64,000 nt of DNA from Squalus acanthias (taxonomy: Eukaryota): NCBI GenBank assembly GCA_030390025.1, contig CM059431.1, positions 140,060,001 through 140,124,000 of the forward strand. Direction: 5' to 3'. The translations under genes were made by a program, and so were the position numbers. Shown piece after piece: positions 11,603 through 24,700 of this stretch. The first letter of the stretch is position 1, and every line of letters starts with the position of its first letter. Below the pieces are notes generated by a model. The model did no database searches. It was not told the DNA's origin and was given only the letters and a program-made list of their open reading frames with translations.

Positions 11603-14065
11603 TGTCGGCTCTTTCGCAAAGCAATCTAGTGAGTCCCACTCCCCCGCTCTTTCCCGATATCCCTGCTATGTTTTTCTATGTCAAGCTTTTTTCCAATACG
11701 CTTTTGAAGGTTACAATTGAATTTATATTCACCCCGTATCAGGCAGTACATTCCAAATTCAAACCACTCGTTGCGAAAAAAAAAATGTTCCTCAAGTCGA
11801 TTCTGTTTATTTTGCCAATCACATTTAATCTGTTCCTTCTGGTTATCGACCCTTCAGCCTTTGTAAACAGTTACTTTCCATTTACTCTATCTGAAACCTT
11901 CATGATTTTAAACACCTCTATGAAATCTCCTCTCGTTCTTCTCTGCTCTAAGGAGAACAAACCCAGTTCTACAGTCTAACCACGTAACTGTATAACCTTT
12001 ATCCCTGGAGCCGTTCTAGTAAATCTCTTCTGTAACCTCTCCAAAGCCTTCACGTCATTCCTAAAGTGTTGTTCCCAGAATTGGATACAGTTCTCCAGCT
12101 GGGGCCGACCTGATGTTTTACACAGGTTTAGAATAACTTCTTGGCTTATGTACTCCATGGCTCTATTTATACAGCTAAGGATCCAATGCGCTTTATTAAC
12201 TGCTTTGTTAACCTGTCCAGCCAACCTCAAACTTTTGTGAAAACTCCCCCAGGTCTCTCTGTTCTTGCACCCCCTTTAATATTGTAACGTTTAGTATGTC
12301 TGGTCTCTCCTCATCTTCGTACCAAATTGTTTCACCTCAGACTTTTTTCCGTTGAATTTTATCTGTCATGTTACCGTCCTTCCACCAGTCTGTCTATGTT
12401 CGCTTGAAGTCTATCAGTATCTTCCTCACTGTTTACTACACTTACAAATTTCGTGCTATCTGAAAATATCGAAATTGTGCCCTGTACCTCATTAATGTGT
12501 ATCAAAAACAACAGTGGTCCCAGTACTGAACCTTGGGGAACGTCACTCTATACCTGCCTCCAGTCCTAAAAACAATCATTCACCACAACTCTCTGCTTTT
12601 TTTTATCTCTTAGTCAGTTATTTTATTCTTGCTGCTAGTGCCCCTTTTATCCCTTGGGCTTCATTTTTGCTAACAAGCCAAATTATTGGTATTTTTTTCA
12701 AACGTGTTTTGGATGTCTATGTACACAACATCAACTGCACTGTCCTCATCAACCCTCTCTGTTACCTCTTCAACCAACTTAATCAAGTTGTTAAAACACG
12801 ATTTGCCCTTAATAAGTCGGTGCTCGGTCTTATTTATTAGTCCACGCTTGTCTAAGTAGCTACTAATATTCTCTGGATTATTGTTTCTAAAAGCTTCCCC
12901 GCCATCGACGTTAAACTGACTGGTGTGTAATTGCCAGGTTTATTTTTCTCCCCTTTTTTGTACAATGGTGTAAGATTTGCAATCGTCCAGTCCTTTTTGG
13001 CAGCAGCCCGTCTCTAAGAAGGATTTGAAGATTGAGGCGAGCTCAGCCGCAATTCCTACCCTTACTTCCCTCAACATCCTAGGATGCATCCCACCCGAAC
13101 CAGGTTCCTTATCCACTCTAAGTACCGCCAGCCTTTCTAGTATCGCATCTTTATCTACTTGTATGTCACCCAGTGTTCCAGCAGCCTCCTCGTTTACCAT
13201 ATCTTTGGGAAAGTCCTCTTACTTGGTAAATACCGATGAAAAGTATTAATTTAGTACATCAGCCATGCCTTCTGCCTCCACCGATAGTTCTCCATTTTTG
13301 TCTCTAATCGGACCCACCGCTCCTCTGACAACGCTTTTACTGTTAATATGCCTATAGATGACCTTTGCATTCCCTTTTATGTTAGCCGCCATTCGATTCT
13401 TGTACTGTCTCTTTGCTCCTCTTATATACTTTTTCAATGGTCCTCTGTACTTTTTTATATTCAGCCTCAATCCCCTTGTATTATCAAGTTGAGATCTGTC
13501 ATACGCCCCCTTTCTCTGCTCCATACTACTCTCTAACACCTTCTTCATCCAGTGAACTCTGGCTTTGGTTGTCCTTCCTTTCCCCCTAGTAGGAATGTAT
13601 CTAGACTGTTCACGAACCATCTCCTCTTTAAAGACCGCCCATTGCTCCATTACATTTCTGCCTGCCAATATTAGACTCCAATTTACCCGGGCCAGATCCC
13701 TCCTCAGTTCTCTGACAGTAGCCCTTCTGCAGTTAAGTTTTTTTCAATCCTAGCTTGTACCCTGTCCTTTTCCATAACGAATCTACTCCTTACGATATTA
13801 TTATCACTCTTTGCGAGATTCACTCCAACTGTGACAATTTCCACTTGAACCATTTCAATCCCCAGCACTACACCCAGCAATGCCTCATCTTTCATTGGGC
13901 AGGAAACATACTGATCAATAAAATTCTCCTGAACACAATTCAGAAATTCCACCACTTCTCTGCCCTTAACACAATCACTGCCCCATTCAATATTGGGTTA
14001 GTTAATGTCTCCCATTATCACTTGGGTATAGTTCTTGCACAGCTGAGTAATTTATTTTTCAAATC

Positions 14066-14700
14066 TGCTCCTCAAATTCACTCAGCCGAAACTCATTCCT
14101 TGTTCTACCTATGTCGTTGCTTCCTTCGTGGAACATGTCAACTGGATCCTCCCCCTCTCAATCCAAATTCGTCTCCAGCCGCGAGGAGATATCCTTAACC
14201 CTGGCACCGGGCAGGCAACAAAGCCTTTGGAACTCACGGTCGCGCCTACAGAGAGCAGTAGCTATCCCCCTGACTATACTGTGCTCTAACACTGCAAAAT
14301 TCCTTTTCATTTCCTCCCCCCCCACACTTGAATGGCCTCCTGTACCACGGTGTCTTGGTCAGTTTGCTCAACCACCCTGCAGAATTTCCCCTCATCCAAA
14401 CAGGCAGCAAGAACCTCATACCTGTTGGAAAAGGGCAAAGGCTGACGCACCTCCAGCACTGCACCTGGCGTCCTCTTACCTGCCTGAGTTGCAGTCACAC
14501 ACTCCCGTCATAAGTGCTTTTGCATCCTGGATCAAAGTGTCCATATAACTCTCCCCCTCCTTGATGCCCCGCAATATCTGCACTTCAGACTCCATCTCAA
14601 CAATTCTGTGTATCTCAGTCTGCAGGCACTTACTGCAAAAGTGGTTGTCCGGGATAACAATGCTCTCGCCAAACTCCCACATGCTGTAGTTGCGTCACAC
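14066..14700 (-). pseudogene. Disrupted CR1 ORF1 (Cys zinc-finger/coiled-coil N-terminus plus SGNH-esterase-like domain)
   Basis: MWEFGESIVIPDNHFCSKCLQ...IVEMESEVQILRGIKEGESYMD; PLPFSNRYEVL; hand translation VLEHSIVRGI...CCLPGARVKDI...HEGSNDIGR (degenerate GDS / PGA / HxGxND blocks). Contains stops and frameshifts. Confidence 0.85.
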
Positions 14701-15072
14701 CTCCTGCATAGCGCTGCCTTTATATCCTTGTTTTATTTATTTAGTGAAATAAACATTACATTTTTAATTAACTTAGATTATAGTTTTGTTTTAGCTAATT
14801 GCTAGATCTACTTTTAGTTCTAGGTAGATTAAATTAAATATATACCACAATGCACTCCAAGTATTGGAGGCAAAAATCAGCACCTCCTTCCCCCTCTGCT
14901 CCGAATTCCCAAATTCTCCAAATTCCCAAATTTAACACTCTGATTAGAAACGCTCTGTTTAAGCACATCCTGTACAGACCACTTAGAAAGAAAAAGGTAA
15001 CTTTCTAATAGAGATTGATTTCTTAGTGCAGGGCGACTTTCCCTCACAACTGTTATCTCTGGTTCCATTAGT

Positions 15073-15345
15073 GACATAGGAACAGGAGTAGGCCATTCAA
15101 CCCCTCGAACCTGTTCCAACTTTCAATGAGATTATGGCTTATCTGCGACCTAACTCCACATACCCGCCTTTTACCCATATCCATTATACCGTTGGTTCAC
15201 AAAAAGTTATCAATCTCCAATTTAAAATTACCAATTGATCTAGCATCAACTGCCATTTGCGGAAGAGAGTTCCAAACTGTTACCACCCTTGGTGTGTAGA
15301 AGTGTTTGCTAATTTCACTCCTGAAAGGTCTGAACCTATTTTTTA
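15073..15345 (-). mobile_element. CR1-type LINE 3' end fragment
   Basis: Reverse of the CR1 tail (CATAGGAACAGGAGTAGGCCATTCAACCCCTCGAACCTG...GGAAGAGAGTTCCAAAC...ATTTCACTCCTGAAAGGTCTG). Confidence 0.8.
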
Positions 15346-15675
15346 ATATTCTCATTTACACCTCCTCTAGACCCAACTATTTTTCCACATTACCATCTCC
15401 TTTCGCCATGCACCATCATCCCATTTGTCATTCAGTCTATCCTGCCTTCCACCCTATCACAGACCTTCCCTTTTGTTTTTTGCTCCCCTCCCCCTTTCCC
15501 TCCTCTGTACTTGCCTGAAACCTGTTACATCTCTAACCTTTTCCAGTCCTGACGCATGGTCATCGACCTGAAAATGTTCACTTTGTTTCTCTCTCCAAAA
15601 ATGCTGCCTGACCGAGAGTATATCCAGCATTTAGAGTTTTATTTCAGATTTCCAGGATCTGCAGTATTTTGCTTC
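15346..15675 (+). mobile_element. Penelope-like element 3'/pLTR fragment with degenerate hammerhead motif (15544-15583)
   Basis: Homologous to 60840-61100 (CATTACCATCTC...GACCTGAAA...TTTCTCTCTCCA...ATTTCCAG...GCAGTATTTTGCT), which follows a GIY-YIG-type C-terminal ORF. Confidence 0.75.
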
Positions 15676-16155
15676 TGTCCTTCTCCATTTCAGTCTGTCT
15701 CTGTGCCTTTCTCAATTTTTATCTCCGGGTTCCTGTCTCCCGTTCATTTCCCCTTTTTTATGTGGCAGATGACATTGCAGACGAGGATGCATGAGGCGCA
15801 GGTTCTCAGATTGAGGGTCACCACCTCTCTCACCAACTGAAAATGAGAGGGACATAAAAAGGAACTGGCCCAAAGAGATGTCTGCCTCTGTCCTATGTCA
15901 AATCAGTGAATCAAAGAACGGCGAGCCCGTCTAATTGCTCAATGTGCAACTTCTACAGGTTTATAGAGAGAGATTGTCACAGGAGGTGGGTCTGGAAAAA
16001 TAGAACGGCTGGACCAGACAAAAGCTGCTCGGAAAAATAACGTCCACAATAGGACAGACAGAGAGGAGGTTCTAACTCACGCTCTTCAATTCAAAAGACC
16101 AATGTTTTACCTTTGGCCCACCGCACCCACTCGACACAGCATCTGCGCTGCCGGG

Positions 16156-16336
16156 TGTGACACTCCTGATGTGACATTCCAGATGTCACACTCTAGATGT
16201 CATACTCCTTAGGTCACGTTCCGAATGTTCCTCTCCAGATGTCACACACTAGATGTCACACTCTAGAAGTCACTCTCCAGACGTCACACTGCAGATGCCA
16301 CACTCCATATGTCACACTCCTGATGTCACACTCCAG
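16156..16336. repeat. 14-bp minisatellite, consensus GATGTCACACTCCA, ~12 copies
   Basis: Directly visible diverged tandem units. Confidence 0.9.
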
Positions 16337-16588
16337 AGGCCAAACATTTTTCAATGTTACTTTCGAAATTTCCCTTTCCCCATGCGGAGCCGGAGATCTT
16401 ACACATAGTCGGACCTCCAGCTGACCGGACATTGGCCACGGTTTCGCGTTTCATCCGACAAAAGCGGCTCCTCGGACAGTGCAGCACCCGAAGTGTCAGC
16501 CTGGATCGTGTGTTCAATGTCTGCCACTGACACTAGGATCGCATTGAGTTTAATGTTGAGAGTTCCACTTGGTATCAACAGGATGCAA

Positions 16589-16684
16589 CCAAATGCTTCA
16601 CTTATATCACAAAATGTTCTATATCTGTTACCAAATGCTTCATTTATATCACCAAATTTTCTATATCATTCACCAAACGCTTCG
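16589..16684. repeat. ~42-bp tandem duplication (CCAAATGCTTCA.TTATATCAC.AAAT.TTCTATATC) x2 plus a partial copy
   Basis: Copies start at 16589 and 16631. Confidence 0.75.
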
Positions 16685-18768
16685 CTGGAAAAGCCAGCAT
16701 TTATTGCCCGTCCCTAATTGCCCTCGAGAAGGTGTTGTTGAGCATCCATCTAGAACCGCTGCAGTTCCCGAGGTTACGGTATTCCAAAGTGTTCTTTGGT
16801 AGGAATTTCCAGGAATTTGATCCAGCGACGATGAAGGAAAGGTGATGTAATTCCACGTCCGGATTTCGTGTGACTTGGAAGTGCACTTGGAGGTGGTGAC
16901 GTTCCCTTGCGCGTGCTTCCCTTGTCCTTCTAGGGGGTACAGGTCGTGGGTTTGGGAGGTGCTATGGAAGAAGCCTTGGCAAGTTGTTGCAGTGTAGCTT
17001 TTGGGTGGTACACACTGCAGCCAATGTGCGCCGGAGGTGGAGGGAGTGAATGTTTAATGTGGTGGATGAGGTGCATATCACGCGAGCTGCTTTATCCTGG
17101 ATGGTGTCGAGCTACTTGAGTGTTTTTGGAGCTGCACTCATTCATGCAAATGGACAGTGTTCAATCACACTCCTGAATTATGTCGTGTAGGTGGTGGAAA
17201 GACTTTGGGGAGTCAGGAGATGAGTCATTCGCTACAGAATACCCAGCCTGCTCATGTAACCATAGTTTTTATGTGGCTGGTCCAGTTAACTTTGTTGACA
17301 CCCAATATGTTGATGTGGAGTGATTCGTCGATGGTAATGCCGTTGAATGTCAAGGTGAGGTGGTTAGACTTCCTCTTGTTGGAGATGGTCATTTCCTGAA
17401 ACTTGTGTGGCGCGAATGTTAGTTGTCAGGTAGCAGCCCAAGCCTGAATGTTGTCCAGGTCCTGATGCATGCGGGCACTGACTGCTTCCTTATCTGAGGA
17501 GTTGCGAATGGAAGTGATCACGGTGCAATCATCTGCAAACATCCCTACCTCTGACCTTATGATGGATGGAAGGTCAATGATGAAGCAGTTGAATATGATT
17601 AGGCCCAGGACAATGTCCTGAGGAACTCCTGCAGCGATGTCCTAGGGCTGAGATGAATGGACTCCAAGAACCACAAGATTCTAGCTTTGTGCTATGTATG
17701 TCTTAAACCAGTGGTGATATTTTTCCCCTGATACCCATTGACTTCCAATTTACTCGGGTTTCTTGATGCCACAATCAAAGGACAGTCATTCTCACATCAC
17801 CTTTGGAATTCTGCTCTTTTGTCCAAGTTTGGAACAAAGCTTCAATGAGGTCTGGAGCTGAGTGGTCCTGTCGGAATATAAACTTAGCCTCGATGAGTGG
17901 GTTATTGGCGAGTAATTGCCGCTTAATAGCGCTGTCGACGACCACTTCCATCACATGGTGTGACTGAGAGTGGACTGATGGGCGGTAATTGGCCGGATTG
18001 GATTTGTCCTGCTTTTTGTGGACAGATCAGACCTGGGCAGTTTTTCTCATTGTCGGTTAGATGCCAGGGTTGTATTTCTACTGGAATATCTTGCCTAGAG
18101 GCGCGGCAAGTCCTGGAGCACAAGGCTTCAGCACGATAGCTGGGATGTTATCGGGGCCGATAGCTTTTGCTATATCCAGTCCGATCAGCCGTTTCCTGAT
18201 ATCACGTGGAATGAATTGAATTGGCTGAAGACTGGCTTCTGTGATGGTGGGGACCTCACGAGCTGGCTGAGATGGATCATCCACTCGGCACTTCTGGCTG
18301 AAGATGAATGCTGGGCTCCACCATCATTAAGGATGGGGTTGGTATAGGAGCCTACTCCTCCAATTATTTGTTTAATTGTCCACCACCATTGGTGCAGGTG
18401 GGACATGATAAATTCAAGAATGGTGATGGAGGTGTCTGGGCCATTGGCTGGAATGTATGATTCTGCGAGTGTAGCTATGCTAGGCTGTTGATTGACTAGC
18501 CTGTGGGACAGCTCTGCCTATTTTGGCACATGTCACCTGGTGTGAAGAGGATTTTGCAGAGTCGACTGGGGCACGTATGTCTTTATCAATGCCGAGGCCG
18601 ATACTGTATTCTCCGTCTGGTTTTACTCTTATTAGAACTTTTCGTCGCAGTTTGACACAATAGAGTGACTTTCTAGGATATTTCAGAGGGAAGTTAAGAG
18701 TAAATCACTTTTCTGTGATTCTGGAGACACATATAGATCAGAGCAGGTAAGGACGGCAGGTTTCCAGT
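16685..18768 (-). mobile_element. Decayed CR1/L2-group LINE of a second family (RT region, 3' tail GGGCAATAAATGCTGGC, SINE-like 5' segment)
   Basis: ORF 18078-18284 (DIRKRLIGLDIAKAIGPDNIPAIVLKPCAPGLAAPLGKIFQ) and WWWTIKQ at 18185-18406 are typical pre-RT segments. Many stops and frameshifts. Confidence 0.85.
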
Positions 18769-18771
18769 CGC

Positions 18772-21700
18772 TGCAGCCCCACACTATACTGACCCAACCC
18801 CACAACACATTGACCCAGCCACACACCTCACTGACCCAGCTGCACACAACACTGAACAAGACCCACAGCCCACTGAAATAGCCGCACACACCACTGACCC
18901 AGACCCTCACCCACTCCCCAGAGACACAACAACACACCAACACAACACTGACTCATCCCTACACCCTACTGTCCCAGCTGCACAGCCCACTGACCAACAC
19001 CAGCATCACAATGACCCAGCCCCACACCCCAATGACCCAGACCCACACCCCACTGAACCAGCCCCATACCCCATTGACCCATCCCCCACACCCCACTGAC
19101 CCAGCCCCACACCCCACTGACCCAGCCTCTCACCACTGAGCAAGCCGCATATCCCATTGACAACTCACCCAAACCCCACTGACCCAGCCCCACACCCGAC
19201 TGACCAAGACCCACACCACAATAACCCAGCACCACACCCCACTGATCCAGCCCCACACCCAACTGACCCAGCCTCACACCCCACTAACATAGACCCCACA
19301 CCTCATTGACCCAGCCCCACACCCAACTGACCCAGACCCACAAACCACTGACCCAGACCCACAAACCACTGACCCAGCTCCACACCCCACTGACCCAGCC
19401 CAACACCGATACACCACTGACCCAGCCCCACACCCCACTGACCCAGCCCCACACTCCACTGACCCAGCCTCACACCCCACTGACACATCCACACACCCCA
19501 CTGACCCAGCTCCACACCCCACTGACCCAGCCACACGCCCACACCCCACTGACTCAGCCCCACATCCCACTGACACAGCCCCACACCCAAACCCCACTGA
19601 CCCAGCCCCACACCCACACCCCACTGACCCAGCCCCACACCACCACTGACGCAGCCCCAAACACCACTGACCCAAGCCCACACCCCACTGACTCAGCCCC
19701 ACACCCCACTGACCCAGCCCAACACCCCACTGACCCAGCCCCACACCCCACTGCCCCAGCCCCACACCCCACTGACCGAGCCCCACACCCCACTGACCCA
19801 GCCCGACACCCCACTGACCCAAGCCTACACCCCACTGTCCCAGCCCCTCACCCACACCCCACTGACCCAGCCCCGCACCTAACTGACCCAGCCCCGCAAC
19901 CCACTGTCCCAGCCCCACACCCCACTGACCCAGCCCCACACCCCACTGACCCAACCCTACACCACACTGAGCTAGCCCCTCACCCACACCCCACTGACCC
20001 AGCCTCACACCCGACTGACCCAGACCCCACACCTCACTGACCCAGCCCCACACCCCACTGATCCAGCCCAACACCGATACACCACTGACCCAGCCCCACA
20101 CCCCACTGACCCAGCCCAACACCCCACTGACCCAGCCCCACACCCCACTGCCCCAGCCCCACATCCCACTGACCGAGCCCCACACCCCACTGACCCAGCC
20201 CGACACCCCACTGACCCAAGCCTACACCCCACTGACCCAGCCCCTCACCCACACCCCACTGACCCAGCCCCGCACCTAACTGACCCAGCCCCGCAACCCA
20301 CTGTCCCAGCCCCACACCCCACTGACCCAGCCCCACACCCCACTGAGCTAGCCCCTCACCAACACCCCACTGACCCAGCCTCACACCCGACTGACCCAGA
20401 CCCCACACCTCACTGACCCAGCCCCACACCCCACTGATCAAGCCCAACACCGATACACCACTGACCCAGCCCCACACCCAACTGAGCCAGCCCCACACAC
20501 CACTGACCCAGTCTCACATCCCACTGACCCAGCCCCACACCCCACTGACCCAGCTCCACACCCCACTGACCCAGCCCCACGCCCAAACCCCACTGACTCA
20601 GCCCACATCCCACTGACCCAGACCGACACCCAAACCCCACTGACCCAGCCCCACACCCACACCCCACTGACCCAGCCCCACTCCCCCACTGACCCAGCCC
20701 CACTCCCCACTGACCCAGCCCCACACCCCACTGACCCAGTTCCACATCCCACTGACCCAGCCCCACACCCCACTGACCCAGCCCCACACCCCACTGACCC
20801 AGCCCCAGGCACCACTGACCCAACCCTACACCCCACTGACCCAGCCCCTCACCCACACCCCACTGACCCAGCACCGCACCTAACTGACCCAGCCCCGCAA
20901 CCCACTGTCCCAGCCCCACAACCCAGTGCCCCAGCCCCAAACCCCACTGACCCAGCCCCGCAACGCACTGTCCCAGCCCCACATCCCAGTGCCCCTGCCC
21001 CAAACCCCACTGACCAAGCCCCGCAACCCACTTTCCCAGCCCCACAAACCACTGACCCAGCCCCACACCCCACTGACCAAGCCCTACACCCCACTGACCC
21101 AGCCCCACACCCCACTGACCAAGCCCGACACCCCACTGACACAGCCCCACACCCCACTGACTCAGCCACACAACGACATCTCACTAACTTAGCCCGACAC
21201 CCCACTGACCCAGCCCCACACCACACTGACCCAGCCCCACACCGACACCCCACTGACCCAGCCCCACACCCAACTCACCCTGCCCCACACCCCAGTGACC
21301 CAGCCCCACACCGAACTGACCCAGCCCCACACCCCACTGACACAGCCCCACACCCCACTGACTCAGCCACACACAGACAGCTCACTAACCCAGCCCTAAA
21401 ACATAACGCCAGTGATGCAGTCCTGCAGCGATATCCAACTGACGTGTCTCTACACAGGCACGTCACCGTCCCAGCGTTAAACCGACACCCAACTCAACTA
21501 GCCCTAAACCGGCAATAGAGCGTCCCAACCCAACACCGAACAGCAGAGTGCCTGTCATAAAGAGACACCCCACTGACCCAGCCAGACACCGACTCCCCAC
21601 TGACCCAGCCACACACTGACTCCCCACTGGCCCAGCCACACACTGACTCCCCACTGGCACAGCCAGACAGAGACTCCCCACTGACGCAGCCAGACACAGA

Positions 21701-24700
21701 CTCCTCACTGACCTAGCCAGACACCGACTCCACACTGACCCAGCCAGACTCTGACTCCCCACTGGCCCAGCCAGAAAGAGACTCTCCACTGACGCAGCCA
21801 GACACAGACTCCTCACTGACCCAGCCAGACACAGCCTCCCCAATGACACAGCCCAAATTGACCCCCAACTGAACCAGCCCCACACCCACTCCCCACTGAC
21901 CCAGCCCCACACCAACACCCCAATGACCCAGCCCCAAACTGACACCCCACTGACCCAGCCAGACACAGATTCCCCACTGACCCAGCCCAAACTTAAACCT
22001 CATTGACCCAGCCAGAGACCGACTGCCCACTGACCCAGACCTACAACCCACTGACTTTGCACCACAACCCACTGACCCAGCCAAACACCACACACACCCA
22101 GCCCCACACGCCACTGACTCAGCCCCACACCCTACTGATCCAGCCCCACACCCCACTGACTCAGCCCCACACCCCATGACCCAGACCCACACCCAAACCC
22201 CACTGACCCAGCCCCACACCCCCACTGACAAAGCCCCACACATCACTGACCCAGCCCCACACCCCACTGACCCAGCCCCACACCCCATTGACCCAGGCCC
22301 ACACCCCACTGACCCAGCCCCACACCCCACTGACCCAGCTCCACACCCCACTGACCCAGCCCCAAACCCCACTGACCCAGCTCCACACCCCACTGACCCA
22401 GCCCCACACCCCACTGACCCAGCCCCACACTCCAATGACCCAAGCCTACACCCCACTGACCCAGCCCCTCAACCACACCCCACTGACCCAGCCCCGCACC
22501 TAACTGACACAGCCCCGCAACCCACTGTCCCAGCCCCACAACACAGTGACCCAGCCCCAAACCCCACTGACCCAACCACGCAACCCACTGTCCCAGCCCC
22601 ACAACCCAGTGACCCAGCCCCAAACCCCACTGACGCAGCCCCATACCCCACTGACCCAGCCCCACACCCTACTGACCCAGCCCCACACCCCACTGACTCA
22701 GCCCCACACCGCACTGACCCAGCCTCACACCCCACTGATCCAGCCCCACACCCAACTGACTGAGCCCCGCACCTCATTGACCAAGCGCCACACCCCACTG
22801 ACCCAGCCTTATCACCACTGACGTAGCCGCACACCCCACTGACCCAGCCCCACACCCCACTGACCCTGCCCCCACACCCCACTGACCCAGCCCCACACCC
22901 CACTGTCCCAGCCCCACACCCCACTGACCCAGCCCCACACCTCACTGACACAGCCCCACTCCCCACTGACCAAGCCCCACACCCCACTGACACAGCCCCA
23001 CACCCCACTGACCCAGCCCCACACCTCACTGACCCAGCCCCACACCTCACTGACACAGCCCCACACCCCACTGACCAAGCCCCACACCCCACTGTCCCAG
23101 CCCCACACCCCACTGACCCATCCCCACACCTCACTGACCAAGCCCCACACCCCACTGACCCAGCCCCACACCCCACTGACACAGCCCCACAGCCCACTGA
23201 CACAGCCCCACACCCCACTGACACAGCCCCACACCCCACTGACCCAGCCCCACACCCCACTGACCCAGCCCCACACCCCACTGACACAGACCCACACCCC
23301 ACTGACCAAGCCCCACACCCCACTGACCCAGCCCCACACCCCACTGACCCAGCCCCACACCTCACTGACCAAGCCCCACACCCCACTGACCCAGCCCCAC
23401 ACCCCACTGACCCAGCCCCACACCCCACTGACACAGCCCCACACCTCACTGACCAAGCCCCACACCCCACTGACCCAGCCCCACACCTCACTGACCCAGC
23501 CCCGCACCCCACTGACACAGCCCCACACCCCACTGACCCAGCCCCACACCCCACTGACCCAGCCCCCCACCTCACTGACCCAGCCCCGCACCCCACTGAC
23601 ACAGCCCCACACCCCACTGACACAGCCCCACACCTCACTGACCAAGCCCCACACCCCACTGACCCAGCCCCACACCTCACTGACCAAGCCCCGCACCCCA
23701 CTGACACAGCCCCACACCCCACTGACCCAGCCCCACACCCCACTGACCCAGCCCCACACCCCAGTGACCCAGCCCCACACCCCACTGACACAGCCCCACA
23801 CCCCACTGACCCAGCCCCACACCCCACTGACACAGCCACAGACCGACATCTCACTAACCCAGCCCTAAAACATAACGCCAGTGATGCAGTCTTGCAGCGA
23901 TATGCTACTGACGTGTCTCGACAAAGGCACGTCACCGTCCCAGCGGTAAACCGACACCCAACTCAACTAGCCCTAAAGCAACATTGTACCGTCCCAGCCC
24001 AACACCGAACAGCAGCGTGCCTATCATAAACAGACACTCCACTGACCCAGCCTGACACCGACTCCCCACTGGCCCAGCCAGACAGAGACTTCCCACTGAC
24101 GCAGCCAGACACAGTCTCCTCACTGACCTAGCCAGAAACCGACTCCACACTGACCCAGCCAGACACTGACTCCCCACAGGCCCAGCCAGACAGAGACTCC
24201 GCACTGACGCAGCCAGACACAGACTCCTCACTGACCCAGCCAGACATAGACTCCCCAATGACCCAGCCCAAACTGACACCCCACTGACCCAGCCCCAAAC
24301 TGACACCCCACTGACCCAGCCCCAAACTGACACCCCACTGACCCAGCTAGACAGACTCCCCACTGACCCAGCCCCACACCCAAACCCCACTGACCCAGCC
24401 CCACACCCAATCCCCACTGACCCAGCCCCACACCAACAACCCAATGACCCAGCCCCAATCTGACACCACACTGACCCAGCCAGACACAGATTCCTCACTG
24501 ACCCAGCCCAAACTGACACCCCATTGACTCAGCCAGACACCGACTGCCCACTGACACAGCCCTACAACACACTGACCCAGCACCACACCCCACAGACACA
24601 GCCCAACACCCCACACACCCAGCCCCACACCCCACAGAACCAGCACCACAGCCCAGTGACCACGTCCTACATACCACAATGATCTAGCCCCACAGCTCAC

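Larger units (their letters stand above)
11004..14990 (-). mobile_element. Near-full-length decayed CR1 LINE (5' UTR, ORF1, internally deleted ORF2, 3' tail), interrupted by the insertion at 11064-11602
   Basis: ORF fragments 13704-13955 (FLNCVQENFIDQYV), 13246-13668 (NIKGNAKVIYRHINSK), 12940-13200 (LRVDKEPGSGGMHPRML) and 11976-12230 (RPQLENCIQFW). Tail at 11004-11063 continues at 11603. The 5' boundary is approximate. Confidence 0.92.
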
